64,000 nucleotides of DNA from Lingula anatina (lineage: Eukaryota > Animalia > Brachiopoda). Positions 25,934-38,909 of the stretch are shown one piece after another; the first letter of the stretch is position 1, and every line of letters starts with the position of its first letter. Both the position numbers and the translations under genes were made by a program. The notes beneath the pieces were generated by a model. It saw nothing but the letters and a program-made list of their open reading frames with translations. It searched no databases and was not told the origin of the DNA. Location: NCBI GenBank assembly GCA_051362555.1, contig CM120646.1, forward strand, positions 21,018,001 through 21,082,000, in the 5' to 3' direction.

Positions 25934-26050
25934 AGATCCCATTCCCACAGATTTTAGATCGATTTATCCCTGTGGGGAGTCTCACTAGATTACTGTCAGC
26001 ATAGCCGGCTTAAGCGTCTGTCCCGCCTACTAAAAGCTGTAAGGGGGTAA
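25934..26050. mobile_element. truncated copy of the recurrent palindromic MITE family
   Basis: ccattcccacagattttagatcgatttatccctgtggggagtctcactagattactgtcagc matches 31050-31115 and the reverse complement of 35360-35430. Confidence 0.65.
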
Positions 26051-27065
26051 TTAACTAAAAGTTTACCCCCTAATTAACTAAAAGTCAGAGGCCAAAAACC
26101 TGGATCAAATGTCAGAGCCATTGCTATGGTGTAGTTTACATGTAGAAAGCCACATTGAGCTATAGCTCTGTTCTTCTCAAATGTTTACATCAGTATTAGC
26201 ATTTTGGAGGAATTTAGTCTTCTTTGTCTTTTGTGTTAGCATTATTTTTATTCAGTTAATACGGCCTTAAGACTGGTATTCAAACTATGGTATTTGTTTT
26301 GTTTTTTTAACATGTATCTTGATTATTAAATAAATGTTTTTTTTTCGTGTCGTTGTCTTTCACCTATTTTATGATTGAGTCGACAGAAATTGCCACTAAA
26401 AAGTTACATTAGTTACTAGACATTTTCATCAGTAATCTTAAAGTTTTGTTGACAGATACATCGAAGTTAAGTATTTTTTTGCGACTCTCTCACTCTTAGG
26501 GCCCAGGTAGTGAAGACTACGCTCAACAGGATAAATGCTATACTCTCGGCGGGATGATTCAGTAAACGTTTTTCTAAAAAGTCATGTCGACGTATTTGCT
26601 TTAATTGAAAGAACCCCAGATTTAGTCTCAGAATGCGTTTTTTTTCACGGTTGCGTGAAGAGCAAAGCAGACAGTTTTGTATCCTCAGGTACGCTGCGTG
26701 TTGATTACCACCCACATGCCATTTGCAAATCCCACAAAACAATTAAGGGCAGATCGGCGGTGATTTTAAACATTTGTTAGAGTCATCTTTTAAGAGATCG
26801 ACAGCCAAACGTGTAATTCCCAGTCTCCGTAAGTTAAGATGATGGTCTAGATATATTTAAAGCGTTTCCTCCATAATACAGTGCAGTCATTTTGTCAAAA
26901 GTCAAAACTGTTTATAAATTTTAGCATCCCAGTGTGACACAAATGGTAGTCCTAGGAATGGAAGACCGGACTGAGATCGTTTCAAGACTGGACAGGTTCA
27001 TGGTGACCAGTGAAATTTAAAGCGGGCTGATTTCGACTTTGTCAGCTGCGTCCCTAACCAGCATC

Positions 27066-27423
27066 TACCTGTACCTATACTCTCTACCTAAGCTGGACCT
27101 ACTCTCTACCTATTCTGTACCTACTCTCTGCCTAAGCTGGACCTACTCTCTACCTATTCTGTGCCTACTCTCTACCTATTCTGTACCTACTCTCTGCCTA
27201 TTCTGTACCTACTCTCTACCTATTCTGTACCTACTCTCTGCCTAAGCTGGACCTACTCTCTACCTATTCTGTGCCTACTCTCTACCTATTCTGTACCTAC
27301 TCTCTACCTAAGCTGGACCTACTCTCTGCCTATTCTGTGCCTACTCTCTACCTATTCTGTACCTACTCTCTGCCTAAGCTGGACCTATTCTCTACCTATT
27401 CTGTACCTACTCTCTGCCTAAGC
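27066..27423 (+). repeat. minisatellite of 11-bp modules (22-bp period, two alternative second modules)
   Basis: (t/g)(a/g)cctactctc alternates with either t(a/g)cctattctg or t(a/g)cctaagctg. Confidence 0.93.
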
Positions 27424-28839
27424 CCCCAGAACAAAACCAACAGTCACACTTCGAACACATTTATTAGACCAGAATAACTCACGCTGTCTAATATTAAAAC
27501 AATAAAACTCTAATCGTTGAGTAAAAAAGAAAAGGTGGCGATTGTGCGAGTATTTGGGAAACAAGAGGAGGCGTGTTAATCTGTCAATCTGATTGCATTC
27601 AGCGAGAGTCCCCTCAGAGTTGGAACGATATTTTCATTGGGAATGAGCCCTTATATACGTATACTTTCGCATGGTGCGGCATGCCAACTCACAAACAGTA
27701 CTAGTATCTGCTATCACTATGACTGTCTATTTACTTGTACATTATAAAAAAAATCATACACTGGTACAGAGAGAGTCCTCACGTTACTATGGCCTCCACG
27801 CAAGACGTTTCGTGTTCACGGCGTAACTCCCAAGAATTATAATGGAATCCTTGTTCTCCTCTACCAGGGTCACAGATTGATTTTTATCTAGATATTCATC
27901 GATATATACCTGGCTAATTCGTGACACATTTCGATTCTGTACTGTCTGGGTACAGAAAAGGACACATAATTAGCCAGAGACATATTTGGGGCCTTGGTAA
28001 GGGGTAGTTATGACTTCGGTGGTGTCAGTCATAGGTGCTAATTACGACTTCGAGTAAGTTGCTAATCGCGGCGGATCTAACTATGCCAGGTCCTCAGGCA
28101 GGGAGGGTTCGTGAGGTTCGAAAGAATGGGGCTTTTTGGTCGAAAAAGGTTTACTCAATATCTAAAATCTAATCTAGGTTCTCGTTTCTCTAGTTGAGTC
28201 AACTAAGCGGGGACACTTTTTCAGAAAATAAACTCCCACCCTTCGGAATTGCTGGCCACAAGCCTGTGTATCCTAGCAAATTGTTTTTTTTTTATATATT
28301 ACACTAAAAGAGGGTGACGTAGATTTATGTAACTAACGCCAAAATTGGCTTTATGAAGTGTCTTGGAGAAGAACTAAGGCGTAAGTCAAAGTACTCCGGC
28401 TAGGGATGACGGGTTTTGTGAACTTTGTGCTAAAACCAATGAGGCTTTTTAAAAGTAAAAAGGCTATTAAGTTTAGGAAGTACAAAGATATTGTCTAAAA
28501 AGAAAGGATATCAAAATTAATTAAATGAAAAATTACAATGCCTTTAATTTTACGCCATAGTGTTCCACGATATGCCTCTTTTGATAATCGTTAATTTTTC
28601 TTTCGTATTTGACTGACACATTTCACATCTTATAAATCTTGGATGATTTCTCTTCTTATATTCGTGCCTTCTCCGTCCTTCCGCTTATCACTACATGGTG
28701 TTGGGGTCCGGCCACCGCAAATGTACCACACAACATACATATTTATTAGTTAAATAACACCCTATGTGGCTCCGTGACCTTTCTTAATATAGTTTCAGAC
28801 AGCGAATGGGCCAGTCCCTCCAGTACATTTCAGAAGAAG

Positions 28840-28897
28840 ATGACCGCTAAAGCTTTGGTCAGTTTTGCAGCACTTGTGGCCTTCGCTACACAATATG
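28840..28897 (+). CDS. Ly6/uPAR-like GPI-anchored protein B, exon 1 (signal peptide)
   Basis: MTAKALVSFAALVAFATQY+G|gtaagt; 12/19 aa identical to exon 1 of gene A; same phase-1 donor. Confidence 0.87.
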
Positions 28898-30789
28898 GTA
28901 AGTTTGATTGAAAAAAAGTGAGTAACGCATTTGCGTTGCTTTATTTATTGTTTGTGTTTGTGTTACCTGTCAAAAAGTAATGAAACTTAATTTTTGATCT
29001 AAATTAGGAAAATAGGACCAGTTCTCCCAACCACTTAAAATTTGGCGCCGAATGCTGGTCATCCTTCCAACCTCAATAACTATAGTTGACATTTTCATAC
29101 AACAATAACGGGCATTGTATAAAATTAAAAACATTTAAATTGTGAAGCCGTAGTACTCTCCGTGCTGGTCAGAACACTCCTTCTGTTCCGCTCTGCTGAT
29201 ATGGAAGACTTAATGATTTAGTTCTGCACCTATAGATAAGACCTACGTACGTACAAGTGCGGGGATGCCTCCCCTCCGTATCACACTGAAGATCACCGGA
29301 CAAAGACTATCATTAACTTTAGCACACAGGGACCAAGGGGCAGTTGTATCGTGCAAAGGAGGGCGGTGTATTTAACGTTTTTTCTTCTGTTTTTGGAGAC
29401 GGAAGACGCCGCACGTTACCATAGTAACGCGTATTCGTGCCCATCTTCTTCGGGCGATGAAGCGTTAAACAGGTACAGCGATATCTATTTGGCCACAATC
29501 AAATAACGGGCTTTTATAATTTTAAAAACACAACCAAGTAAGTTAAAAAAGCGAAATGGTAGAAAGACTGAAAATATGCAGAGAGGACTTTAGCCCAGAG
29601 ACTTTTTTAAGTGTTTCTTTCTCTGACACCCCATCTAGCGCGTTTAAAACTTGTAAGACCACCTCAAGAACTAATGTTAGGCATTTTTTTACATGTATTA
29701 ACTTATTTCACATACCCTTTGGACATTAAAATGACCAAGATACAAAGAAATTAGATTGTGAAACACAATGCAATGAATGGCAAGGGAAGAAAAAGGAATT
29801 AACGTTAAACTGACTTTATCGTTGTATGTCGCCATGTAATTAAAACAGTTCAATGAACAGGGGTCACTGCTTTTACCTTTTTAGATGGCTAATGTGTTAG
29901 AGACAAAGTTTTGAATATCGTCTACAAAAGTGACAAAAAGGCATTACTGAAAAAAATCTTCCCTCTTTTCTTCCGAACTAAGGTGAAAATAAAAAATTTA
30001 TTTGAGAAACAAATAATTAAAAATGCACAGCCTAGCATTTCGTGCGTTGCTAAGGCAGTCCTCTCGTGAGACATGGAATCTTAAATAACCTGTCACTGAA
30101 ATTGATGCTTTACGTGTCCTGTCCAGCACTTGCTGGTTACACCTCTGAGAAATGACCTAAGAGATGTAAAAACACATGCCGCCGTTTGTGAAATGTATTA
30201 CCCCATCAAGGTGTTTTAGAGCATTCCTTTCATATCCCACTTTCCTTTGATATCAAATCTGAGTCAACTTCTTCTAGTGCATCACTGAGTGACAGTCAAA
30301 GCTTCTAAAATGACCAGCATCACGTGACGCGGATGAGTTGCGTTTGAAATATGGACGTTGGGTTAGTAGTAATAGTTATAGAGCCCACGCACATGGACGC
30401 AAGGCAGCAAACATACTTAATAGTTCAAGAATGGCTTCGAGAAAATGTGTTTTGATATATATAAAACTCTTCCTGCGTCAGGATAGACCTTCCTTATCTC
30501 TATGTTATCTTTGGGAAAGCGGCTGTATCACAGTAACTACGTTTCCTGAGTCGGACAGACTGATGGATGTCCTTCCGCTAAGATATTTTATTGCGTTATC
30601 GTCACTTTCCAAAATACCCTAAAATATCACTGTAGAGTTCTTAAGTTATATTGATTTTCATTTAATTTACATGCCAACCACTATTTCTCTGTGTGACGTA
30701 AGGCTAGTAAGTGGCTATATTTCCTTGGTATTTCCACATCGCATTAAAATGCAATTATTTCGGTCTTGGAATTATGTAAACGTCTCCAA

Positions 30790-31265
30790 GAGACCATTCC
30801 CAGAGACTATCGTACTAACTTTGGATGGAACTATCTCCAAGGGGATTCTCGCTTTATTGCAATTAACTTAAGCGGCTTAGATGTCTGTCAAGCCTACTGT
30901 AGCTGATAAGGGGTAATTAACAATCGTTTAGCAGCTTTAGCAGGAGTGCCAGACATCTGAGCCACATAAGCTGAAAGCAATTTAGCGAGAAACCCCGTGG
31001 AGATGGGCTGATCCTGTATGATCGATCTAAGGATGGGAACCAAGTCTAAGGGACTATTCCCATAGATATTTGGATCGATCTATCTCCCTGGGGAGTCTCA
31101 CTAAATTGCTGTCAACTTGGCCGGCTTAAATGTCTATCAGGCCTAGTAAAGCGGATTTGGTAGGCGTGACAGACATTTAAGCCAGTTAGTTGATAACAAT
31201 TTAGCGAGACTCCCCGGAGTTAGATCGATCTAGATGGATCGATCTGTGTATGGGAACCCAGTCCA
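30790..31265. mobile_element. two adjacent copies of the recurrent palindromic MITE family in intron 1 of gene B
   Basis: 30790-31046 matches 13464-13686; 31050-31265 is self-complementary (ggggagtctcactaaattg...caatttagcgagactcccc; ggcttaaatgtct/agacatttaagcc). Confidence 0.75.
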
Positions 31266-32511
31266 AAATGAGGTTTATTTCCTACGTAGTGGGTGCACTT
31301 ATGTTATTTATAAAAGGAACAGGAATTTGTAAGTGCACGGAAAATTCGCAAACTTATACGCTCTGATACGACAAATATGATTTCAAGCAGGAATTTATTT
31401 TCCTGTCGTAATCACTAATTAAATCTTGACGACTTATCATATTGCAACCATTATGGATTGGTGAGCAAACGACAGCGGGAAATTCTAGTTCAGAAACACA
31501 AATAAAAAGGTTCTGTCTCTGCGTGTTTAACCTTTGGATGTCATGTGAAATCAAGGCTAGTTAAGAATCCCTCATTAAATGTGGTGCACAATCTCCCATG
31601 GCACATAGGGCCTGTGCGCCAATTTGCCCCTAGGCTTAAAGAAGAAGAGATATACGCCATGTTGATTTCGGCCTTTTCTGATGAGCCTAGTAATAAAAGA
31701 ACTCATAGGCTCCCACAGACCATGATAACAATCAACGGAATACCGTGTATTACTATTTTATAACCTTCAATATCATTATTATACATCATGCATATACTTG
31801 TAAATATCTTAATCTTAATCGCAAACCACAAGATGTGAGTTACTCATCTGATAACAGTAAATATAGGTTACTGGCATTCTATAGTAAATCTTAATTGAAA
31901 CAATTGATCATACCGTAAATGTTGCCTTGACAAGCTAAGGGCGTGACGGTGAATAAGCCCAAGCCAACAGGATCTTTGCTTGTCATATCTAAGCACCCTG
32001 ACTACAAAAACGGCAAGCAAGCACAATACGTTCTATAACATTACCATAGCGTTTTATATAAACCTTATGCTAACGTTGTAGTAACGTTCTGTGTTTTTTT
32101 GAGTATGACACCCTGCCCAAAATTCACAAAGATTAGCATTTTCGTGTCTGCAGACAGTACTGGAATTGCTACTCTGCAACCCGAGGCTCTACCTAGAAAG
32201 CATTTCATTTGAAAGAAAGAGCCTTGATTTCGCATGACATTCAAAGGTTAAACAAGCAGGGACAGAAGCTTTGTATTTGTGTTTCAAAACCAGAATTGTC
32301 CGGTGTAGTTCATTCGAATTCACCAATCCGTAATGGTTGCAAAATCTAAGAATATGATAAGTCGTCGACATTCAATAAGTGTTTAGTATAGGCAAATAGA
32401 TTCCTGCTTGAAATTATATTTGTGGTGGTAAAATGAAGTCAATTGCAAGAAAAGAGTTGTCTGCGATGGCATAAGACGTAACCAATGTTACACAGTGATT
32501 CCTTCTTCCAG

Positions 32512-32741
32512 GAAGTGCCAGAGAATGCAGGTTTTGTCAGTTCATCAACATGCGGTACAGCGGTCTTCCAAAAATAGAGGGCATGGACTTCGATAAGCTG
32601 CTTCCTTCGTCTGTGCCAGGAATGAACGACACGGCTTGTCATGACGGTACCAGTACTGAAACAATGCCCTGCGGGGATAATCCCTGCTTGACGGCAGACT
32701 TGCAAGTAGATATATCGGCGTCTGTCCCCATTGGAGAAGGG
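32512..32741 (+). CDS. Ly6/uPAR-like GPI-anchored protein B, exon 2
   Basis: cttcttccag|GA AGT GCC AGA GAA TGC AGG TTT TGT... GAA GGG|gtaagt; 230 nt; SARECRFCQFINMRYSGLPKIEG...CGDNPC. Confidence 0.92.
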
Positions 32742-33015
32742 GTAAGTTTGACTAATAAAGTGTGTCATTTCTAAAGGGTAAAAGGTTTTTTTCTTTTTTG
32801 AATTATGAGAAATACTGTTTCGATTCTCACTCAAATGGACTATGATCGCTTTTATCACCATTGCGCTATCTAGAGACAATGAAAAGCCCGTTCAAACTAA
32901 GGTGTTATATAAGTGGATTGTCCTCTATATTCGCATTTTCAATTTCTCTTTTTAAAAAGTTTGGCATCAATATTTATATGATCAGGCATTTTTCTTTTGA
33001 TATCTAATGTAACAG

Positions 33016-33420
33016 AACTCGATCAGCTACGGAATGGTTCTGACAATGGTGATGCGCATGTGCGGTACAGCCGGGGCCACGGGTTGCTCCCCTCTCACCA
33101 TGGACACAAGGATGGGACCCCCTCAGGGCCCCAACAACGAACAGCAGACTATCCGCGACTTGCTGGCCCAGATGGCGCAAAATATGAATCAGTCTGTGAC
33201 CCCAGCTTTGTCCGGCCAGCAGTGCATGTGCGACAGTGATGGCTGTAACTCGGCGAAGTCCACCATGTCGCTGGTGGATGTGGCCCCCACTACTACCGCC
33301 GCCGCCACCACGGGGTCACCAGACACGGCCACCAAGGGGGACAAAAACGGCGGAGCTTCTCCGCACAGCGCCATCTATTGTTTCGTATTGATGGTCTTAA
33401 TTGCTGCCTTCAGCATGTGA
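33016..33420 (+). CDS. Ly6/uPAR-like GPI-anchored protein B, exon 3; full protein 230 aa
   Basis: aacag|AAC TCG ATC AGC TAC GGA ATG, in frame with ORF 33034..33420; QQCMCDSDGCN, Thr/Ala stalk, hydrophobic C-terminus AIYCFVLMVLIAAFSM*. Confidence 0.92.
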   Translation, partial: NSISYGMVLTMVMRMCGTAGATGCSPLTMDTRMGPPQGPNNEQQTIRDLLAQMAQNMNQSVTPALSGQQCMCDSDGCNSAKSTMSLVDVAPTTTAAATTGSPDTATKGDKNGGASPHSAIYCFVLMVLIAAFSM

Positions 33421-35212
33421 GGTTGGATTATGTGGATGTAGAAACTGTCTAAATATAGACTAAATATTGTTAGTCAGAAAAATTATATGAATTGGAATAA
33501 TCCAAGGTAGCCCAAGTTTCGCAAATTAGCGTAAAATCAAGCGAGGTTTTGAGGAGAGTTGGATAAGAAACAATTAAGGCGACGAGTGGGGCAACGAATA
33601 AAAACTAACAGAATCTATCGACATACAGGTATATACTGAGTAGTTCTGGTTGTTTTCTTACCTCATTTTCTAGTCTCAGTGCCAACAGTCTTAAACTAGG
33701 ATGGTTTCAATTGATAGATATACCGTAGAAAATCATTAAGGTTATTTTGTGCTCGTTAACTTGGCAATTGGATACATATTGTTGAATAGCACGTAGGTAA
33801 AATGTGGCTAAAGTAAATGTGGGGAGTTTTGTGTAGTACTCATACAATGCAACTTGGTAAGTTGAATATCTGCGCAGTTGAAAATAATATCAAGAATACA
33901 AAGTAAATGAAGGCATTCCGAGACTGTGTTTTTTTAATTCTGGCTATTTTCAACTGTGATTAATAGGGAAATTAATTTGGAACTACTTGTGTCACTGTTA
34001 TAGCTTGTGTCACTGCTCACTAAGTTTAAGGCTAGAAGTTTAGTAGATTATTTCAAGTAAAAACTGTATTTTAAAAAGAATTCATTTACATTTTTGATGT
34101 TACATAAGGAAAAACTTAAATTTAGAGCCTGGTATTCTCGATACACGAGGCCAGCGGACTGACAGTTTTACCCCTATTCTTTATGAATTTGTTTACTCTT
34201 TAAGTGATCTCGATCTCCCTGCATGAGCATTTGCCAACCTTTGATTCACCATATCATGACAGCATTTTACGCCTACTGTTCTTAGTCAAAACAATAAAGA
34301 TTACCACGTCAAAGTTCCAAATAGATGAGCTGCGCCCGTCTACCGATTTTCATTAAAAGTTTATGCGAAATTGTGAAATGAGACGGAGTCGGGATAACGT
34401 CAGACCAATGTCATCTTGCCATCAGAAACTGAAGGGCAGCCATTGTGAAACGATTGTATAGGCCTATGTAAAAGATTTAATTGAATATGGAATTATTACC
34501 GGCTTTCTTTGGTCATCTATCCCCTCTTATAGTGTTCTTTGTAGTGTCAGCGTAATATAATGATATTCATACCGAAATAAACTGTTATTTCAAGGTAAAA
34601 TGCTATTTTGTTGGATGTTCCATTTATCGCACGGATAGGACAACCGCACTGTGCTGTCTCAACTATCGCATTTTAAAAAAATAGCCTTGACTCTAATGCT
34701 CACTCTCTTTTAAGCACACGACTGGATATTTGTTGATTTTTACGAACACCCCCACCCCCACCCCCACCAATTACGCTCTTTGGGCCATTTACTTTTCACA
34801 CCATGTAAGGTGACAATTCTTTTAAAATCGCTGTACGGAGGGGAATGGTATTTATTGACTCTCTTACTGCGTAGGATAGATTCTCCAGCTACTGTCAGAA
34901 GGGAACCCAAGGGAACGTCTCTAATAAAAACTATGAAGAGGGCTTTCGTTAATGACTTTTTAAGTGAGTGCTCAAGTAACATTTTAATTTTTACATTGTT
35001 TGTTTTAATCAATTTTTTTAAATGAGGATGATTATTATTATTATTATCATTATTTGTCATTTTCTTTCCTACTTCAGTTAGATAAACAGCAGCAATATGT
35101 AAGTCAATGATAATAAACTCTTGGTTGCAGAAACACCGGCAAACTATACAATGTACACCAATGAAAATACAAAAGAAATGCACGTCTAAGTACTTGATGC
35201 ACATTATTACAC

Positions 35213-35434
35213 TTAGACCCCATTTCCAGAGATTAGATCGATCTACTTTAGATCGACCTAACTCCCTGGGTGTTCACGCTAAATAGCTGTCAGCCGGGCG
35301 GACACGAAAGTTAATTACCACCTTACAGCTTGTAAAAGTCGGAACGGACATTTAAGCCGGATTATCTGACAGTAATCTAGTGAGACTCCCCGCGGGGATA
35401 GATCGATCTAAAAGCTCAGGGAATACAGCCTTAC
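35213..35434. mobile_element. palindromic MITE, same family, flanked by TTA (PIF/Harbinger-type TSD)
   Basis: tta-gaccccatttccaga...gggaatacagcc-tta; internal agatcgatct motifs and gagactcccc are shared with the other copies. Confidence 0.65.
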
Positions 35435-38340
35435 ATTTACTTTAAATACGTTTAAGCTCAAATTGTTGACACAAAAATAAGCGGTGCCCCCATTGACCTA
35501 CCTGTAAAAGGGGCGTGGCTTCTTGGGGCCTATTAGACTTACTAGTCTTATGAGTGGGGCGTTTTTTTTTTTCAATTACATTTTTGTAGCTATCCTATCT
35601 GTGGATAATTCTGTTGATGAACATCACATAAAAAGTAGGACAGACAAAAGCAGGTTGCTTCTTTTGTTCCTGAAAAAATATGTACCAGTCATTACTTTAA
35701 AATTGTATTTTCTTTGGTCATTTCACCAGTAAATTATTCTTTCCTCGCTTTCGCCGTATTGAAAAAAACATGAACATGTCTTGCTGAATATGCTTATATG
35801 TCTGAATGTTCTTACTTAAAAATCGAAAACATATTAATGCCATAGGCACTGAACATGCTTATGTAAAGTATAAGGGCATTTTAACCGCAGATACACTACC
35901 TCTATTTTGTAACTAAGCATTAGTCATTTTAAAAGCATAGCCAACTGAGAGTAAAAGAGACCTGGGGATTTTTTTCTCGGTGTATGATTACCCAAGAGTA
36001 ATGACTAAAGCCCGATGACCTAGAGGATTGTAGTGAAAATAAGACTACAAATACATAACAGAACAGTAGCTTTAATCTCATATTAATATTTTGCTAAAAG
36101 CGTTAAATGGTGGCTCCACAGGGACGATTAAAAGCCCCTCACGTAATGGGTTCGTGGGATGACTAAGTGTATGCTATCTCCACCTTTGTAAAATTGAACT
36201 AAATGGAAACTCAGCCGCCTCTGCCCATCCAGGGTATAAAAGAACTGCAGCCACATCTCGCCGGGACCATTGCAATTTCATAGGGAATAGATTTTGTTAG
36301 GGTACAGATGTTCATGATCACGTTATGTATTTTATTTTTACTGCCTTATTTATCCCATTGTGAATAACCAGTGAGATGTAAAGAATTGGCAGACAGGCGA
36401 GAGCGCGGCGAAGAGATGAAAAAAGCTGACATAATTCTATATGTAATTTTTGTTTTATGGAATCACTCTCTTGCACACAAGTGCTAATTCTCAATATTTT
36501 GTGCTTCGCCTCTGCATTTCTTTCTATGACGCCACTCCCGGCTATTACTGATCACTCTGAGAAATTCTCCCCACCTCTTGCGGATTTTTAGCACATTTTC
36601 TAGTCTGAAGAGTAGTAACGGTTTTATCACTTTGCCAAATTTGCGCGAACATTCATTGCACTTTCACTTCTTTTTAAATTGCAAATTGTGCATAGAAATA
36701 CCACTTGAGTCATCTAAAAGAGTGTTACCCTCAATAAAGAAACAAACACAGAAAAAAATCGAGAATAAAAAGCTCACACGAGGTCCCTTTAACTGTGCGA
36801 CTACGTGTCAAGGAAGGCGTTTGAAATTTATCCCAAGATAGGACTATATGTCCAATGGGTTCTTTCGGGTGTATTAGGAAGGGAATCAAGCCAGAATTTA
36901 TGTCCTGTCTCGCAACACTTAATGTTCCGTGGTGTAACACCAGGTTGATCTCAGAACTGCGTACTAGTGTAGATATCCCTCTAGAAACAAAATCGGATAC
37001 CAAGATACCAAGCCAGAAAACAGTGTATGTGTTACAAGCCGGTTGATGGTTTTGCGACCGTTTCACACTTGTCTATGCTTTGCGATGAATGCTGATATAA
37101 AATCAAGTAAATATGTTGCGAACAGATTTAAAGCTGTTTTATTAGATAATCCAAAACACCGAAAGAGACGCCAGTGGAAAAAATACAAAACTGTGTAATT
37201 GTCACCATACATGTACGCTAAGGCTTCAAATGTTGTTCGTTTTATCGCTTTGTGTGCATGCAGGTGAACATGAACATTTTCCGGGTATTGTCGCAAATTG
37301 CCTAGATATGCTACTCGTGGAGCCACGGATACAGTATTGTTATATGGCGGTACATCCAAAACATTAAGCACATCAATAAAAACGTGGTTCTGATCAGCCA
37401 AGTACCAGGTCACCGCAAATGCAAACTGCAAATTCGGGTCATGCCTTCCACATATATTGTATTTCAATCATGTATAACCTTTTTTTAAATCCAGTATCTT
37501 TTGTCAACAGCGCACGTCTTTGCCTCCGCCTTTATAACATCAGCAAAATGTCTAATTTTCCTGTAGAGAAGAACTTATCACTTGATCTTATCAACACGGA
37601 AAGGCATATGTGCATAATTTTGCAGATGTGCACCCACAGTAAATATACCTTAGTGAAAAAAAATTGTACAAAGATCAACCCGAGTCAGGTATATATTATG
37701 GTGAGATGAAATAAATTCATACCTGGCCATACAATATGTGATATGGATTCGGTACTGGCGTCATGTTGAACCACGACTTTGTACGCTAAAAACAGTTTTG
37801 CACATGCAATAATATATATTTACTGCCGTATTGTTCACAAAACGTTCTGTATAGTGAGTACTGATACCAGCGACAACACATAGTCAGTTTCCACTGTTGT
37901 TGGGTTCAGTGCCATTTCTCAGGTACGGTTTGCCTGAAACCTTTGGCGACATCTTCACTGCAGACATTGCGCGCTTGCAATAACGGAAATTTCCTAAAGG
38001 GTCCTATAGGACCCTGTCAGAAATTGGCCCATAATTCTAAAGGGTCCTATAAGACATCTGTCCTAAAATTCTTATTCATGTTGTCACCATTGGGCAGTTT
38101 CGATCGACATCAATGCCCAAATTAAGTGATCTTATTTTTGCTTCTTTGTTCTCAACAGTGTCAGTCATATACAGTGTACGTGTAATCCACAGATGAACTC
38201 TCTCCTACTCTTATTCAATTTGTTTGGGATAGAAAAAAAAGAAGCAAACTACTGCTACACGGCATTCTACTCGTGAAAGAGCCCTAGTACATATACATAT
38301 ACATAGACATGGAGGTCAGATGGAAATATGTAACGTTAGT

Positions 38341-38721
38341 TTAAGAGAACATAGCCACAAAAGGAATGATCAGCACGGTGTAGATGGCGGCTCGGAGCGA
38401 CCCTGCCCCCGTTGTGGGTCCAGTTGTAGTGACCGGGGCTTTAGTAGTGGTCATTTCCACCAAGGACATCGCGGACGGTTCCTTGTTACAGCCGTCACCG
38501 TTAGCGCATGCGCACTGCTGTCCAGAGATCGTGGGGGTGATGGACATGTTCGCATTTTGCACCATCTGGGATATCTGGTCTCTGAGCGTTGACTGTTCGT
38601 TGTTTGGTGGTTGGGGCGGTCCCACTTTGGTGTCCATGGTGATAGGGGTACACCCTGTACTTCCGGCCTGTCCGCACATGCGCATCACCATTGTCATGGT
38701 CGTCGTGTAACTGACCGTTTG
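38341..38721 (-). CDS. Ly6/uPAR-like GPI-anchored protein C, exon 3; full protein 223 aa
   Basis: Minus strand ttccag|CAA ACG GTC AGT TAC..., in ORF 38341..38745; QQCACANGDGCN, Thr-rich stalk, AIYTVLIIPFVAMFS*. Confidence 0.92.
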   Translation of the reverse strand, partial: QTVSYTTTMTMVMRMCGQAGSTGCTPITMDTKVGPPQPPNNEQSTLRDQISQMVQNANMSITPTISGQQCACANGDGCNKEPSAMSLVEMTTTKAPVTTTGPTTGAGSLRAAIYTVLIIPFVAMFS

Positions 38722-38909
38722 CTGGAATGAAAGGAAAATAGGCATATTTCAAACGTAGCCACCAATCGAGTTTGCAGGTACATGGATAGGATGGTACCAT
38801 ACCTTCGTGTCATGGGAAGAGCAAACGTCAAAATGACAATGAAGACACATTGCAATTAAAATAAAATCAAACTATAAAGTATTTTTAATAGTTGAAAGAG
38901 TAAACACCG

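Noticed and set aside
27039-27477. Leu/Tyr/Ser-rich repetitive ORFs
   Set aside because: Translations of the 11/22-bp minisatellite, open in several frames.
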